Source of the DNA: Tetramitus jugosus
Taxonomy: Eukaryota; Protista; Heterolobosea
Direction: 5' to 3'
Assembly: GCA_937625935.1 (NCBI GenBank)
Contig: OW569356.1
Location: forward strand, 372,001 to 436,000
DNA length: 64,000 nucleotides
In this document: piece after piece, positions 34,584 through 46,013 of the stretch
How the letters are laid out: each line of letters begins with the position of its first letter
Numbering within the stretch: position 1 is the stretch's first letter
Translations under genes and position numbers: made by a program
Notes under the pieces: model-generated
What the model saw: only the letters and a program-made list of their open reading frames with translations
The model's database searches: none
What the model was told of the DNA's origin: nothing

Positions 34584-35747
34584 ATGCATCCGAATGACGA
34601 CCATCGAGATGACAAGACTCACCTACATCAACGACCAAAACATGACATTCTTCAAATGCTTTGCTGCAGCAAAAATCACAACAATCCACAAACTGAACAG
34701 AGAGTTGACGACGAAACATGTGGACATGAAGACAAGAGTCATGACTTCAATGAAATGGATCATCAAAGGAGGAAAAATCAATCATTTGTAACGATTCAAG
34801 CTCCAATGGTACGATACTCTCGCTTACCCTTTCGTTTGCTATGTCAGAGACTAGGCACACAAGTATCGTACACTCCAATGATTATGAGCAATTCGTTTTC
34901 GCGGTCTGATCACGCTCGGATGAACGATTTTACTACGAATGAAGAAGAATTTCAAAATCCGTTGATTGTTCAATTTGGCGCCAATAATGCCGTAGAGTTT
35001 GTTGAGGCGGCAAAATTTGTTCTGCCTTTTTGTGATGCTGTGGATTTGAATTGTGGGTGTCCTCAGAAGTGGGCCATTCATGAAAATATCGGAGCTCAAT
35101 TGCTGCAGACGCAAGAGAATATAGAATTGATTGTGGACATGTTGAAAACGTATCATAATTGTGCGAGCAGTAATGATTTGGTGCCCATGTGCGTCAAGAT
35201 TCGAAAGCTAAACGATCAAAAGAAGACTTATGATCTTGTGAAACAGTTGGAGAGCACTGGTCTGTGTGCTTGGTTGTCTGTTCATGGTCGAACGATATAT
35301 GATCGTTCAGATGCTGTTTCTGTCGATGCTGATATCGTTCAATTTGTGAAACAGAGCGTTTCTATTCCCGTAGTGTTCAATGGAGACGTCTTTAACATGG
35401 CTCAAGCAAGACAATTTGCTGAGTATACAAATGTGGACGGTATCATGAGTGCGAGAGGTCTATTGACCAACCCTGCACTGTTTAGCACTGATTTCGAACT
35501 GGAAAAAGATGAAAGAAGAGCTCGATTGACCAGTATCAAAGAGTTTATTGATATTGTGACAGAGTATGGTGATCCCTCCCTGACATTTACACACGTGCAC
35601 AATCATATCATGTTTATGCTCAACGGATATGAAACCAAGGACAAGTCACTCATTTCCTCCAGTGATGCATGTGAATTGGCAGAAGCTTGCAGCATGTCGG
35701 GCATTATTGATTTCCTGACAGAGCGCAACATGCTGCCCTCAGTCTAG
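34584..35747 (+). CDS. DUS4: tRNA-dihydrouridine synthase, DUS4-like
   Basis: APMVRYSRLPFR, PLIVQFGAN, DLNCGCPQKWA, VHGRT, NGDVF and GIMSARGLLTNPALF. Confidence 0.9.
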   Translation: MHPNDDHRDDKTHLHQRPKHDILQMLCCSKNHNNPQTEQRVDDETCGHEDKSHDFNEMDHQRRKNQSFVTIQAPMVRYSRLPFRLLCQRLGTQVSYTPMIMSNSFSRSDHARMNDFTTNEEEFQNPLIVQFGANNAVEFVEAAKFVLPFCDAVDLNCGCPQKWAIHENIGAQLLQTQENIELIVDMLKTYHNCASSNDLVPMCVKIRKLNDQKKTYDLVKQLESTGLCAWLSVHGRTIYDRSDAVSVDADIVQFVKQSVSIPVVFNGDVFNMAQARQFAEYTNVDGIMSARGLLTNPALFSTDFELEKDERRARLTSIKEFIDIVTEYGDPSLTFTHVHNHIMFMLNGYETKDKSLISSSDACELAEACSMSGIIDFLTERNMLPSV

Positions 35748-35932
35748 AGATATCATCCGTCCTCTCTTTTGAGCCTCATAAATCCACGTGTCACCCCTTT
35801 CAAGCATGTGAATTCAGATTTTTCCTCGTGTGGAAAAAAGTTCCGTGCGCTCACATCAGAAACCTTGCCCAAAAACCAATCCAAAAAACTAAGCAAGAAC
35901 CAACCAGTCAAGAGACAGAGAGACGAGACAAC

Positions 35933-36988
35933 ATGACAAACAGTACAACAACAATCGATTTGAGAAGTGACACAGTCACAAAGCCCACTCCTGATATGCT
36001 TCAGGCCATGATCAGTGCCCCTGTTGGTGATGACGTTCTCATGGATGACCCTACTGTTCAATTGCTCGAGCAGAGAGTGGCAGAAATGTGTGGAAAAGAA
36101 GCTGCTCTGTTTGTGTGCTCTGGTGTCATGGGAAATCAACTCTGTCTCAAGGTTCATTTATCTCCAATGACAGAGGTTATTGTAGACGCGAGAGCTCACA
36201 TTTACAGGAATGAATTGGGTGGTATCGGATATCACTCTGGTGCTTCTGTGATGCCAATTCAGACACTGCCTGGATTGCACTATATCACAGCAGAGCAGAT
36301 TGAGGCCAAGGTGAACACTGGTATTGATTATCATACTCCCATTACGGCATGCATTGCCATTGAAAACACTGTTCAAGGCCTTGTTGTTCCATTTGAAGAA
36401 ATTGAAAAGATTAAGGCTGTTGCGGACAAGCATCACTTGCCAATGCACTTGGATGGCGCTAGGTTGTGGAATGCTCATGTGGCCACTGGTATTTCACTCA
36501 AGGAATATGGACGCGTCTTTGACTCAATGAGTCTTTGCTTTAGCAAGGCAATGGGAGCTCCAATCGGATCTGTTATCGTAGGATCAAAGTCCTTTATTGC
36601 CAAGGCACGTCAATACCGTAAACTTTTTGGTGGAGGATGGAGACAAGCTGGTGTTCTCGCAGCAGCATGTCTCTACTCACTGGATCACATCCTGCCAAAG
36701 TTAGGTCAGGACCATGAGAATGCAAAGAAGTTGGAACAAGGAATCATTGACCTTGGATTGACAAGTGCCGTTCCAGTTCACTCAAACATGGTGCATGCAG
36801 ACAGCACTGCGCTCAGTATTCCATTCAAGCACCTTGCAGAGTACCTCAATGCCAGAAACATTCTTGTTCCTGCTTGCACAAACACCAACATTTGTCGAAT
36901 GGTTCTCCATCATCAAGTCACAAGTGAAGACGTTGATACAGTGCTAGAAACTTTGGCACAAGCTATCAAGCATTACCAAAATCAATAA
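35933..36988 (+). CDS. Low-specificity L-threonine aldolase
   Basis: IDLRSDTVTKPT, VGDDV..DDPTV, HLDGARLWNA, CFSKAMGAPIGS (PLP Lys) and RKLFGGGWRQAG. Confidence 0.95.
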   Translation: MTNSTTTIDLRSDTVTKPTPDMLQAMISAPVGDDVLMDDPTVQLLEQRVAEMCGKEAALFVCSGVMGNQLCLKVHLSPMTEVIVDARAHIYRNELGGIGYHSGASVMPIQTLPGLHYITAEQIEAKVNTGIDYHTPITACIAIENTVQGLVVPFEEIEKIKAVADKHHLPMHLDGARLWNAHVATGISLKEYGRVFDSMSLCFSKAMGAPIGSVIVGSKSFIAKARQYRKLFGGGWRQAGVLAAACLYSLDHILPKLGQDHENAKKLEQGIIDLGLTSAVPVHSNMVHADSTALSIPFKHLAEYLNARNILVPACTNTNICRMVLHHQVTSEDVDTVLETLAQAIKHYQNQ

Positions 36989-37103
36989 AACGACAATAAG
37001 AAGGAAATACAATGCAAAGAAAAGCATAAAAGTCGGGTGAACAAAATTTTTTCTTCTTCTTTTTGCATGATCCACCAAACAAAAACAACAAACATTGATC
37101 AGA

Positions 37104-38165
37104 ATGCGACTCGCTCTCAAACACTGTCGTGCAACCACCGCACAACACTTGTCAAAATGTCAACCATCACTTCACAATAGAGCACTGTCGTCCCTTCCCA
37201 GATGCTTATCAACAATGACAAACAACATGAGATCATCGACAAGAGATGAAGAATGGGCCTCTTCAAATCCATTCAAGCAACAACAAGAACAGCAACAACA
37301 ATCGTCGTCATCATCGAACAATCATGATGGTCAAAGTTTTTTGCGCAAAAATAACAAAATTTTTTTCGCGCTCATTTTGGCGGCGACTACGATTACGCTG
37401 GGCGTGTGGCAGACGAGGCGATACCTGTGGAAGGTTGAGCTCATTGAACATCGAAAAAAGACATTGTTTGGTGAGCCAATTGTGCTATCAACAAACGATA
37501 AGAAGGCAGAAGAAGAGAAATGGTTGTCTCTAGAGAACACGGACGAGAAGCTCTTGTATAAAAAGTTTGTTCTGCGTGGTCATTTCTTGAATGACAAGAC
37601 TGTGTTGATTGGCACGAGACAATCACCTGTTAGTAAACGTAAGCAAATGAACACAAGGAGCGCAGGAGAAACAGGATACTTTGTTATGACTCCGTTTTTG
37701 TGCGCCAACACGGGAAAAGTGATTTTTGTAAATCGCGGTTGGCTGCCAAAATCAAAGGCTACACCCGAACAGCTTGCATTGCATTTGGGAAATAGTTCTG
37801 GAAGTGATAGTAAAAAATTGGAAACCATTACAGCTGTATTCAGAGAATATGAAGAACCAGGATACATTAACAAGGATCAGTACAGAATTGGAGATACAAA
37901 TGTGTTTTTGGTCATGGACCCGTCAGTGATTGCAGATGAGCTTCGGATGGATCATTTGCCTCAGTTTCCTCTGTTTGCTGATCAGATGAGATCTGGAAAC
38001 GATGATTTGGACAAGGAATTGCCAATGAGAGCGATTGAAGACGATCATCTGTTGTTTTATGTGATGCCACACACGCATGTTGCATACTTGACTGTGTGGT
38101 ACGGTCTGACAGCATGGATCTTGGGTACTACTTATTACATGAGATTCAAAAAGAAGCGATGGTAG
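37104..38165 (+). CDS. SURF1: SURF1/Shy1 cytochrome c oxidase assembly factor
   Basis: Mitochondrial-type presequence, LGVWQTRRYLWK, GYFVMTPF, FVNRGWLP and H..Y..VWYGL. Confidence 0.92.
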   Translation: MRLALKHCRATTAQHLSKCQPSLHNRALSSLPRCLSTMTNNMRSSTRDEEWASSNPFKQQQEQQQQSSSSSNNHDGQSFLRKNNKIFFALILAATTITLGVWQTRRYLWKVELIEHRKKTLFGEPIVLSTNDKKAEEEKWLSLENTDEKLLYKKFVLRGHFLNDKTVLIGTRQSPVSKRKQMNTRSAGETGYFVMTPFLCANTGKVIFVNRGWLPKSKATPEQLALHLGNSSGSDSKKLETITAVFREYEEPGYINKDQYRIGDTNVFLVMDPSVIADELRMDHLPQFPLFADQMRSGNDDLDKELPMRAIEDDHLLFYVMPHTHVAYLTVWYGLTAWILGTTYYMRFKKKRW

Positions 38166-38423
38166 TTCGTTTGTCTGTCTCAAAATTTCGTGGCCAATGT
38201 GAAAAATCATTGGATAACGTTGCTGTAAAACAATCTATCTGCTTCCTTGCTTCCAGCTGTTGAACTTGGCCTGATGGTTTCCCAAACCCAAAAGAAAATA
38301 CAAGTTTGTATAGTTACATAAATAAGGGAGTTTTAATACTGTTGTACAATCTAATTCGCTTGAAATGAGTGGTGTGCATTCCAGTACGAAAAACTAGAAG
38401 CTGTTATTGCTCAAAGAGTGCAT

Positions 38424-39803
38424 TTACTCTTGTTGCAATTGTTGCTTCAATTCCCAGTTCTCCTTCTCCAAAGCCTCAACTCTCTTCCTCAACTCTTCGT
38501 TTTGAGCCAACAACTCCTTTGGGTTGCTGGTAGCCTTTGGCAATTCAGTCTTTGGTGCCTTTGGTTGGACCTTTGGGTTGAATGAAGCAGCGCTTGCCTT
38601 TTGGAACTTGTTCTCACCAGGCTTCATGGAAACCAACTTTGGTTCAGCATTTTGACCATCAAAGTATTCTTGAGCGGTGATGATAGCTTCTGGAGCAAAG
38701 GTATCTGGGAAGATATCTTCTTGGAACAAGTCGCTCTTTCTTGGGACAGAGAAGGAGATTGGAGTAACAGAGTTGTTCTCCAACTTCAACAATCTGGTGA
38801 CTTCACAGTCTGGAACAGCGTTGACGCAGACCTTTGGCACCATACCCATACCTCTTTGTGGAGAAGTGCTCTTGTATTCACCAATACTGTACAAGAATTC
38901 AGCATCATCAACAACTTCATAGTATCTAATGTTACCGTCTCCCTTACCTGCCAAGTAAATGATGCTAGTGTCATGATCAAAGAATGGCATAATCAAACCA
39001 GCAGACATATCAATGTCTTCATTCTTCAATGGACCGGCAGACAAGTTTCTTGGGTCCCACACCATGTAGTGTCTCTGGCAGAGCTTTGTGAAACCAACAG
39101 TCAAAATCTTGTCAATGCTAGTCAAGTAGCAGACACGAGATCCCTTGGTTCCTTGATGACCTTCGACTTCAGCAGTCACAGGGGATGCAAGACGAGGATC
39201 CATCAATCTGAACTTTCTGTCCTTGGAGGTGACAGCCAATTCGGAACCGTCCTTGCTGTAGGCCAAGGATTGGATAGCATCTTCCCAGACACCACCAACA
39301 GTGAATTGAGTCTTACCATTCTCAATATCCCAGACGTTAATCTTGTGGTCCATACCGGCAGTCAACAAAACGTTGCTGGCAGTAGGGTGGAAGAGAATGT
39401 TACCAACCTTCTTGGTGTGTTGTTCCAAGGTCAACAATGGGTCCTTTTGGGTCTCAGTCAAACCTTCTTCAGGGATACCCCAAACCTTGACGGTGCAATC
39501 AGCAGAACCAGTGGCAATAATATAGTCGTTGAATGGGTTGAAAGCAAAGTCCAAGATTTGGCTGCTGTGACCAGAGAGCAATGGTTGCTCAGCAGTCTTT
39601 CTGCCAGTGTCAGAGTGCTTGATGACAGCAAGGGAACCACCACCACCAGACCATGGAATAGCAAAGAATTCACCGCTGGTAGCGACAAAGTTGGAGTCCC
39701 ATGGAGCAATGTTGGTTCTCAATTCGGTGTAGGAGGATTCCTTCTTCCACTCTTGACCAAAGACGTGTCTGTACTTGGATGCTCTGACGATTTGCTTGCT
39801 CAT
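38424..39803 (-). CDS. Coronin
   Basis: VRASKYRHVFG, WD40 repeats, GKGDGNIRYYE, VPRKSDLFQEDIFPDT and a C-terminal coiled coil. Confidence 0.97.
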   Translation of the reverse strand: MSKQIVRASKYRHVFGQEWKKESSYTELRTNIAPWDSNFVATSGEFFAIPWSGGGGSLAVIKHSDTGRKTAEQPLLSGHSSQILDFAFNPFNDYIIATGSADCTVKVWGIPEEGLTETQKDPLLTLEQHTKKVGNILFHPTASNVLLTAGMDHKINVWDIENGKTQFTVGGVWEDAIQSLAYSKDGSELAVTSKDRKFRLMDPRLASPVTAEVEGHQGTKGSRVCYLTSIDKILTVGFTKLCQRHYMVWDPRNLSAGPLKNEDIDMSAGLIMPFFDHDTSIIYLAGKGDGNIRYYEVVDDAEFLYSIGEYKSTSPQRGMGMVPKVCVNAVPDCEVTRLLKLENNSVTPISFSVPRKSDLFQEDIFPDTFAPEAIITAQEYFDGQNAEPKLVSMKPGENKFQKASAASFNPKVQPKAPKTELPKATSNPKELLAQNEELRKRVEALEKENWELKQQLQQE

Positions 39804-40264
39804 CGTTGATGTTGTATGTAAGTGTGTTGATTGTTGTTGGGGATATGGATTTGTTTTGTTTTGCTTTTGGCCAGAGAGTGAAAAATGTGAATTTTAGCTT
39901 AGAGCTTCATCGGACCTCACAACGACGAGAGGTGTTGATGATGCTCAGTGTCGGATGATTGATTGATTACAACAAAAAAAATGCCACGAGTTACAACGTC
40001 TCTTGTCATTGATCCCAAATCAATCAAATTTTTGACAGTTGAACAACGAAATGACAGGGAATGATTGACGAGCGGACCTCTATGACGGAGATTATTGTTT
40101 ACGACGGCTGAATTTTTCTAGCATGGAGAGAAATTTGCACAAGGAGTATCAAAGATAAGAGATGCACAATCATCATATAAGTTAAACAGGTCAGTGAACT
40201 CAAGCCGGTTTACACAACCGGCCTGTTCAGATCTGACATTTATTTTTTGAATTACAAAGGGTGC

Positions 40265-41263
<999 letters not shown>

Positions 41264-41375
41264 TCAAGTTTTCTCAGGAGCTCTGACCAAAAAGCACAAA
41301 GCTTTTCGAACACAAAACCACGAAAAAGAACAATCTTGTCCACGTGTGACACACATCACGTTATAACAACCATCG

Positions 41376-44300
41376 ATGAGCAACAATATTCTTGTTCGAT
41401 TCTCTCGAACGAACAACAACAACAAATATGCCATACCCGATGATGATGACAACGACGACGACGAAGATGATGAAAACACTTTTTCCATCATGATGAACGA
41501 CGACGAAGACGAAGATGAAAATGATGTCCAACCTGTCAAGAACACGACCGACAATCAACAACAAATATCCGTGAACATGGTGACTCCACCAATTACTGAT
41601 CTTTGGTCAATTGAAGACAATCACACGAAAAATGACAAAAACGACAAAAATGATGATGGCGATAATGGTGGTGATAATGGTGGTGGTGCGATGGATCATG
41701 AGCGCACAAGTAATGATGTATATACAGAAAATGATGACAATGAAGAACAATTGTTGTTGGATTCCGATCATTTCGAAGCAACACTGCAAAAATTTCAACA
41801 AACAAATGACTCCATTCCAGAGCCACTATCTCCGACTTTGCCCTATAGAGCTTTCCAGTTTAAGTCTCCGTTTGAGAGGAACAAGTCCATGGAGGAGTTT
41901 GCTTGTTCATTGTCTTTTACGTGTGTAGCACAGGACAGATCAATGAACGATCCGTTTTTTCAATTCTTGAAATTGTCGTCCAATTCTTCTTCCTCTGCAG
42001 TGCCATTGTCTGTAGAGAATAACGAGATGGGTTCATTGTCATTGAATCGAGGTAATCATTTTGCATCTGATGCATCGTTTAATCAATATTCTGCATTTTC
42101 TCAAATGAAGTCAATTGGTAGAGATTTGAAGAGAGATGTTTCTAGTTGGCAGAAGGCAATGCTACGGTTTCAGACAGAGAAGCGATCATTAACGAGATCG
42201 AGTCAACCAACAAGATCAAATGATGATGAGTTGGTGGAGATGAACAGCTCGGTAGAGCCTCAGAGCACAGTTAACTCGACTGAAAACAATGTTGAGCAAC
42301 ATGTGATTGAGCAGCGTTTACCAGAAACACCAAGTCAGGAGAGAGTGCCGAACAATAGTACTACTGTTATGGAGGAGTATAGTGCGAGGAAAGAATCTGT
42401 AGTGGAACAGACAATGGAAGTCCATGAGAGCTCTGTAGGTGAGATGCTAGGAGATGTTGAAAGTGATACTACATATAATAATATGAGACAAAACATTGCT
42501 CCATCTCCCACTATACATGTCCCGCCATCGGCATCAACATCAGCCTCTTCTCCAGTGATGTCATTCTCTTCATTGCCTGTACAGAAGGTAGTTAAAAAGG
42601 TGCCAACTAGAGATACGAAATCTAGTTTAACTTATGCAGAACAAAGAGAGTACATTGAGATGCAGAAGCGAATGTCCGAGAATAGAGAAATAGCTGCTCA
42701 GATTAGTAAGAGTGGTCGATTTATTGATCTTCATTCAAAAGTTTTGAAAGAACAACAAATGTATAGGCAAGCCATGTTTGACGAAGCAATGCAGAACATG
42801 TCAATTTACAAAAGGTTAGATACAATGATTGACACTCAGGTTCACGAGCACATGGAGCATTTAAAGCGGCGTATCAATAGCGAATTACCACCAATGTACG
42901 AGCTTTGTAAATCATTGAATATTAGCGAGATTAGACCCGTGTTCAGAGTTGATCCAGTTTTGCGGTTACAGAGATTATTGATTCGATTAGGAAGATGTAG
43001 ACACTTTAGATCGCATTTATTTACCAACGATTTTCATTTTAAGCTCAAATCTGATGTGTTTCGGAATGAAACTTTAGATTTGGTGAAGACCAAAGAACGT
43101 ACTGAATCACCTCATGTTGCTGAGTCGAGTTCAAAAGTGACAGATACGACAACAACACCGACAGTAGAAGTACGAAAGGAAGGTGCTACGGAGGATCATG
43201 TAGGAGAAGAAAAGATTCCTATCTGGACGAAACCAAACATTCCAGTTGTCAGTGCCGATCCGATTATATCTGGTTATTTGCTGAAAAACATTACGCCTGC
43301 TGATTTTAAATCCGATTCTGTTTTCGTTATGTCTTCGAGTACGATTCAAGAGGTGTTAGACACTCATTGGCCCAATCTTCATGAAGAGTGGACAATACCA
43401 GTTCGAATTTCGACTAATGAACATGGATTGAAATGTGTATTTCTAGATAAGCCTTTGCCGTCCAAAACAGCTACCACGAGAGATAAGAACACCTTGTATT
43501 ATAAAACCGCATTGAAAGGCTTTGGACTCAATATCACAAAGGACGCATTTGTGGTCAACTATAATCAAGAACAAGCTGCTCAAGCTTTGTTGAAAGACAT
43601 GAGTGTTAGTAATCATACGGAGAATTTATCTGATATTGATGATAATGTAAATTATAGTATGTTTGATCTGGGCGCAGCGAGAATCCTTGTTCGATATCAT
43701 ACGGATGGAGTCATACCTGATGCTACGCCAAAGAGGTATAAACACGTCGGAATCAAATCCAAGCTCGAATATCTAGGCAAGGACAAACCAGAGGAGGTGA
43801 CAAGAAATGAGATTGCACGGTGGTGGGCTCACGCATACATTAGGCAAGACGAGGAGTTGTACGTTGGACGAATAAGTATCAAGAACAACAGCGTAATCGA
43901 TATGGAGCGCATAGGTACGCATTCAGAGATCATTTCAAAATTCAAGTACGAGCCGAGTCAAGCGGTCAAACTATTGAATGTGATGCTCACGGAACTCAGA
44001 ACACTTGAACCTGGATACACTTACCTCGTTCAGCATGTACAAGGAGATCGATGCATGAAGATATTCAAGGAGAGTCCAACAGGAGCATACAATTTAGTTG
44101 AGAATTTTAATGAAGTTGGTAGATTAGATGTCACAATACCATATATTCCAAGAAGGTGGAAGAATCAACCAGACAGAATTCCATACACGTTCCCTATTGG
44201 TCCAAAAGCTAACAAATCTGCCAAGAACAAGAACAAGAGGAAGCGAGAGCGTAGTCACTCAAAGAATAAGAAGCCAAAACAATCACAACCAACTCTGCCG

Positions 44301-44384
44301 GTTTCATTTGATGCACCAACGCACTTTTCTGCTCCCACAAGACCCACGATTGCATCTGCTTCTGGAACACATCCGAGCGATTGA
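41376..44384 (+). CDS. NARG2/ICE2 C-terminal-domain protein (little elongation complex subunit 2-like)
   Basis: C-terminal FLDKPLP...RDKN..YYK, NVNYSMFDLG..ILVR and KLEY...EEVT..E..RWW resemble NARG2_C; the N-terminus is acidic and low complexity. Confidence 0.6.
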   Translation: MSNNILVRFSRTNNNNKYAIPDDDDNDDDEDDENTFSIMMNDDEDEDENDVQPVKNTTDNQQQISVNMVTPPITDLWSIEDNHTKNDKNDKNDDGDNGGDNGGGAMDHERTSNDVYTENDDNEEQLLLDSDHFEATLQKFQQTNDSIPEPLSPTLPYRAFQFKSPFERNKSMEEFACSLSFTCVAQDRSMNDPFFQFLKLSSNSSSSAVPLSVENNEMGSLSLNRGNHFASDASFNQYSAFSQMKSIGRDLKRDVSSWQKAMLRFQTEKRSLTRSSQPTRSNDDELVEMNSSVEPQSTVNSTENNVEQHVIEQRLPETPSQERVPNNSTTVMEEYSARKESVVEQTMEVHESSVGEMLGDVESDTTYNNMRQNIAPSPTIHVPPSASTSASSPVMSFSSLPVQKVVKKVPTRDTKSSLTYAEQREYIEMQKRMSENREIAAQISKSGRFIDLHSKVLKEQQMYRQAMFDEAMQNMSIYKRLDTMIDTQVHEHMEHLKRRINSELPPMYELCKSLNISEIRPVFRVDPVLRLQRLLIRLGRCRHFRSHLFTNDFHFKLKSDVFRNETLDLVKTKERTESPHVAESSSKVTDTTTTPTVEVRKEGATEDHVGEEKIPIWTKPNIPVVSADPIISGYLLKNITPADFKSDSVFVMSSSTIQEVLDTHWPNLHEEWTIPVRISTNEHGLKCVFLDKPLPSKTATTRDKNTLYYKTALKGFGLNITKDAFVVNYNQEQAAQALLKDMSVSNHTENLSDIDDNVNYSMFDLGAARILVRYHTDGVIPDATPKRYKHVGIKSKLEYLGKDKPEEVTRNEIARWWAHAYIRQDEELYVGRISIKNNSVIDMERIGTHSEIISKFKYEPSQAVKLLNVMLTELRTLEPGYTYLVQHVQGDRCMKIFKESPTGAYNLVENFNEVGRLDVTIPYIPRRWKNQPDRIPYTFPIGPKANKSAKNKNKRKRERSHSKNKKPKQSQPTLPVSFDAPTHFSAPTRPTIASASGTHPSD

Positions 44385-44399
44385 AGAATAAATACATGT

Positions 44400-45932
44400 T
44401 CAGTTTGAGTGCACGAACACTCGGGGAGCTCTTACAAGCAAAGATGTAGTCACCTCATAATTAATAGTCTGGGACCACGATGCGACTTCCTCGGCAGTAA
44501 TTTCCTCATCGCCTTGTTTTCCAATCAAGACAACTTCGTCGTTGACTTGAACGTTGGAACCACACTCTGTTAGATCAACAATAAATTGATCCATACACAC
44601 TCTGCCACATATTGGAGCCTTCTTTCCATTCACTAGCACATGACCTCGATTGCTGTTTAATCGATGATAACCATCTCCATATCCAACGGGAACAAGCCCT
44701 ACAGTGATATCTCTGTCAGATGGTGTCGAAAAGGTTCGCCCATAAGATATTGAGCTTCCAGGTGGCAATGTCTTAACTCTTGCCAGATGACTCTTGAACA
44801 TGAGTGCCGGTTTCAATTCAAATGGCAACTTTGGATCATGTGCAATGCTTCTCGGCGAAAGACCATAGATCGAGACTCCTGGTCTCACCATATCCATGTG
44901 ATACTCTGGATAGAACAGAGAGGCGGCAGAGTTTGAGCAATGGAACAAAAATTCATTTCGGGACGCAATCATCTGATTCGGTGTCCCATGATCACTTAAA
45001 TATACGCTCACAATATCTCTTCTAAGTTCATCAAATATCTCGTATTGGTTCCTCGTGTACTGGATGTGCTCTTCATTCTCTAGCTCGTCAGCCACTGAAA
45101 AATGAGTGAACAAGCCTTCCCATTGAACACCACTCTCCCGTACCAAATCACTCTCGACAATCTGTTCCTTGACAAATGGTAATACTTCATGAGGCAACAG
45201 ACCAAATCGACCCATGCCTGTATCGACTTTTATATGAAACTTTGGTTTCCAGGATTCATGATGATGTCTCTTTGCACTGTTCTTGTCTTCATGTTTCATT
45301 TGCAGCACCGCCTTACAATACTCCTTTAGTGTGTCAACCTCTGTAATGGCAGGTGTGAGATGATACTGTGCAGCCAAGCGCATCTCATCTGGAAGACCAT
45401 AGCCCAACACCACAATTGGCACTTCTCCTTCTTCAGCTTTATCAACAACAAGCTTAATAGATGATCCATCATGATGCGTGCTTTGCTCGCGAAGCTTTTG
45501 CTTTTGGCGCAAGTGCCTTCTTAGCTCTACACCTTCAGACACTCGATTCACAGCAAATCGATGAATAAGCTGACTTGTTGTGGCATTGTCTAGCAAAGCA
45601 CTAGCAATATCAGCAGCACCGTGACCATAGGCATTCGCTTTGATCACTGGCATGACTTGAACTGGAGAGGAATGGACTTGCACATGGTTGTGAATTTGGA
45701 TGACATTGTGGATAATGTGATCCAAGTTCACTTCATAGTATGTGGTTGGCATCTTCTTGTGATTGGTTTTGTTGCGTTGTTGCAGAGTGCTTGGACCGTC
45801 ATACTGGAGATTGCCGCTAGGACGACGCAAAAAATGACCTTGTGTATTGAGAAGGCTCCCGTGAGTGCGACTACTGTGTAGCGTTTTGGCGCGAATCAAT
45901 GCCGTCGTTCGCATTGCGTTAGTTCTGAACAT
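44400..45932 (-). CDS. alr: Bacterial-type alanine racemase with N-terminal presequence
   Basis: VIKANAYGHG (PLP Lys), HIKVDTGMGRFG, GLFTHFSVAD, HCSNSAA, MVRPGVSIYG, ISYGRTF (catalytic Tyr), GYGDGY, GRVCMDQ and TINYEV. Confidence 0.95.
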   Translation of the reverse strand: MFRTNAMRTTALIRAKTLHSSRTHGSLLNTQGHFLRRPSGNLQYDGPSTLQQRNKTNHKKMPTTYYEVNLDHIIHNVIQIHNHVQVHSSPVQVMPVIKANAYGHGAADIASALLDNATTSQLIHRFAVNRVSEGVELRRHLRQKQKLREQSTHHDGSSIKLVVDKAEEGEVPIVVLGYGLPDEMRLAAQYHLTPAITEVDTLKEYCKAVLQMKHEDKNSAKRHHHESWKPKFHIKVDTGMGRFGLLPHEVLPFVKEQIVESDLVRESGVQWEGLFTHFSVADELENEEHIQYTRNQYEIFDELRRDIVSVYLSDHGTPNQMIASRNEFLFHCSNSAASLFYPEYHMDMVRPGVSIYGLSPRSIAHDPKLPFELKPALMFKSHLARVKTLPPGSSISYGRTFSTPSDRDITVGLVPVGYGDGYHRLNSNRGHVLVNGKKAPICGRVCMDQFIVDLTECGSNVQVNDEVVLIGKQGDEEITAEEVASWSQTINYEVTTSLLVRAPRVFVHSN

Positions 45933-46013
45933 TGCGTTTTTGTTGCGAATTCGTGAAAAAATGGAGGCATGATCGGAAAAAAATAGCGTGATTGTATTGT
46001 GGGTGCTCCTGCG

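Noticed and set aside
32981-36988. tRNA-Thr, DUS4 and threonine aldolase clustered like an operon
   Set aside because: Eukaryotic monocistronic context; neighbours are functionally unrelated, so probably coincidence.
38601-39809. 402-aa antisense ORF over coronin (similar ORFs over PCNA and the nucleolin-like gene)
   Set aside because: Shadow frames caused by the strong codon bias of highly expressed genes; no recognisable motifs.
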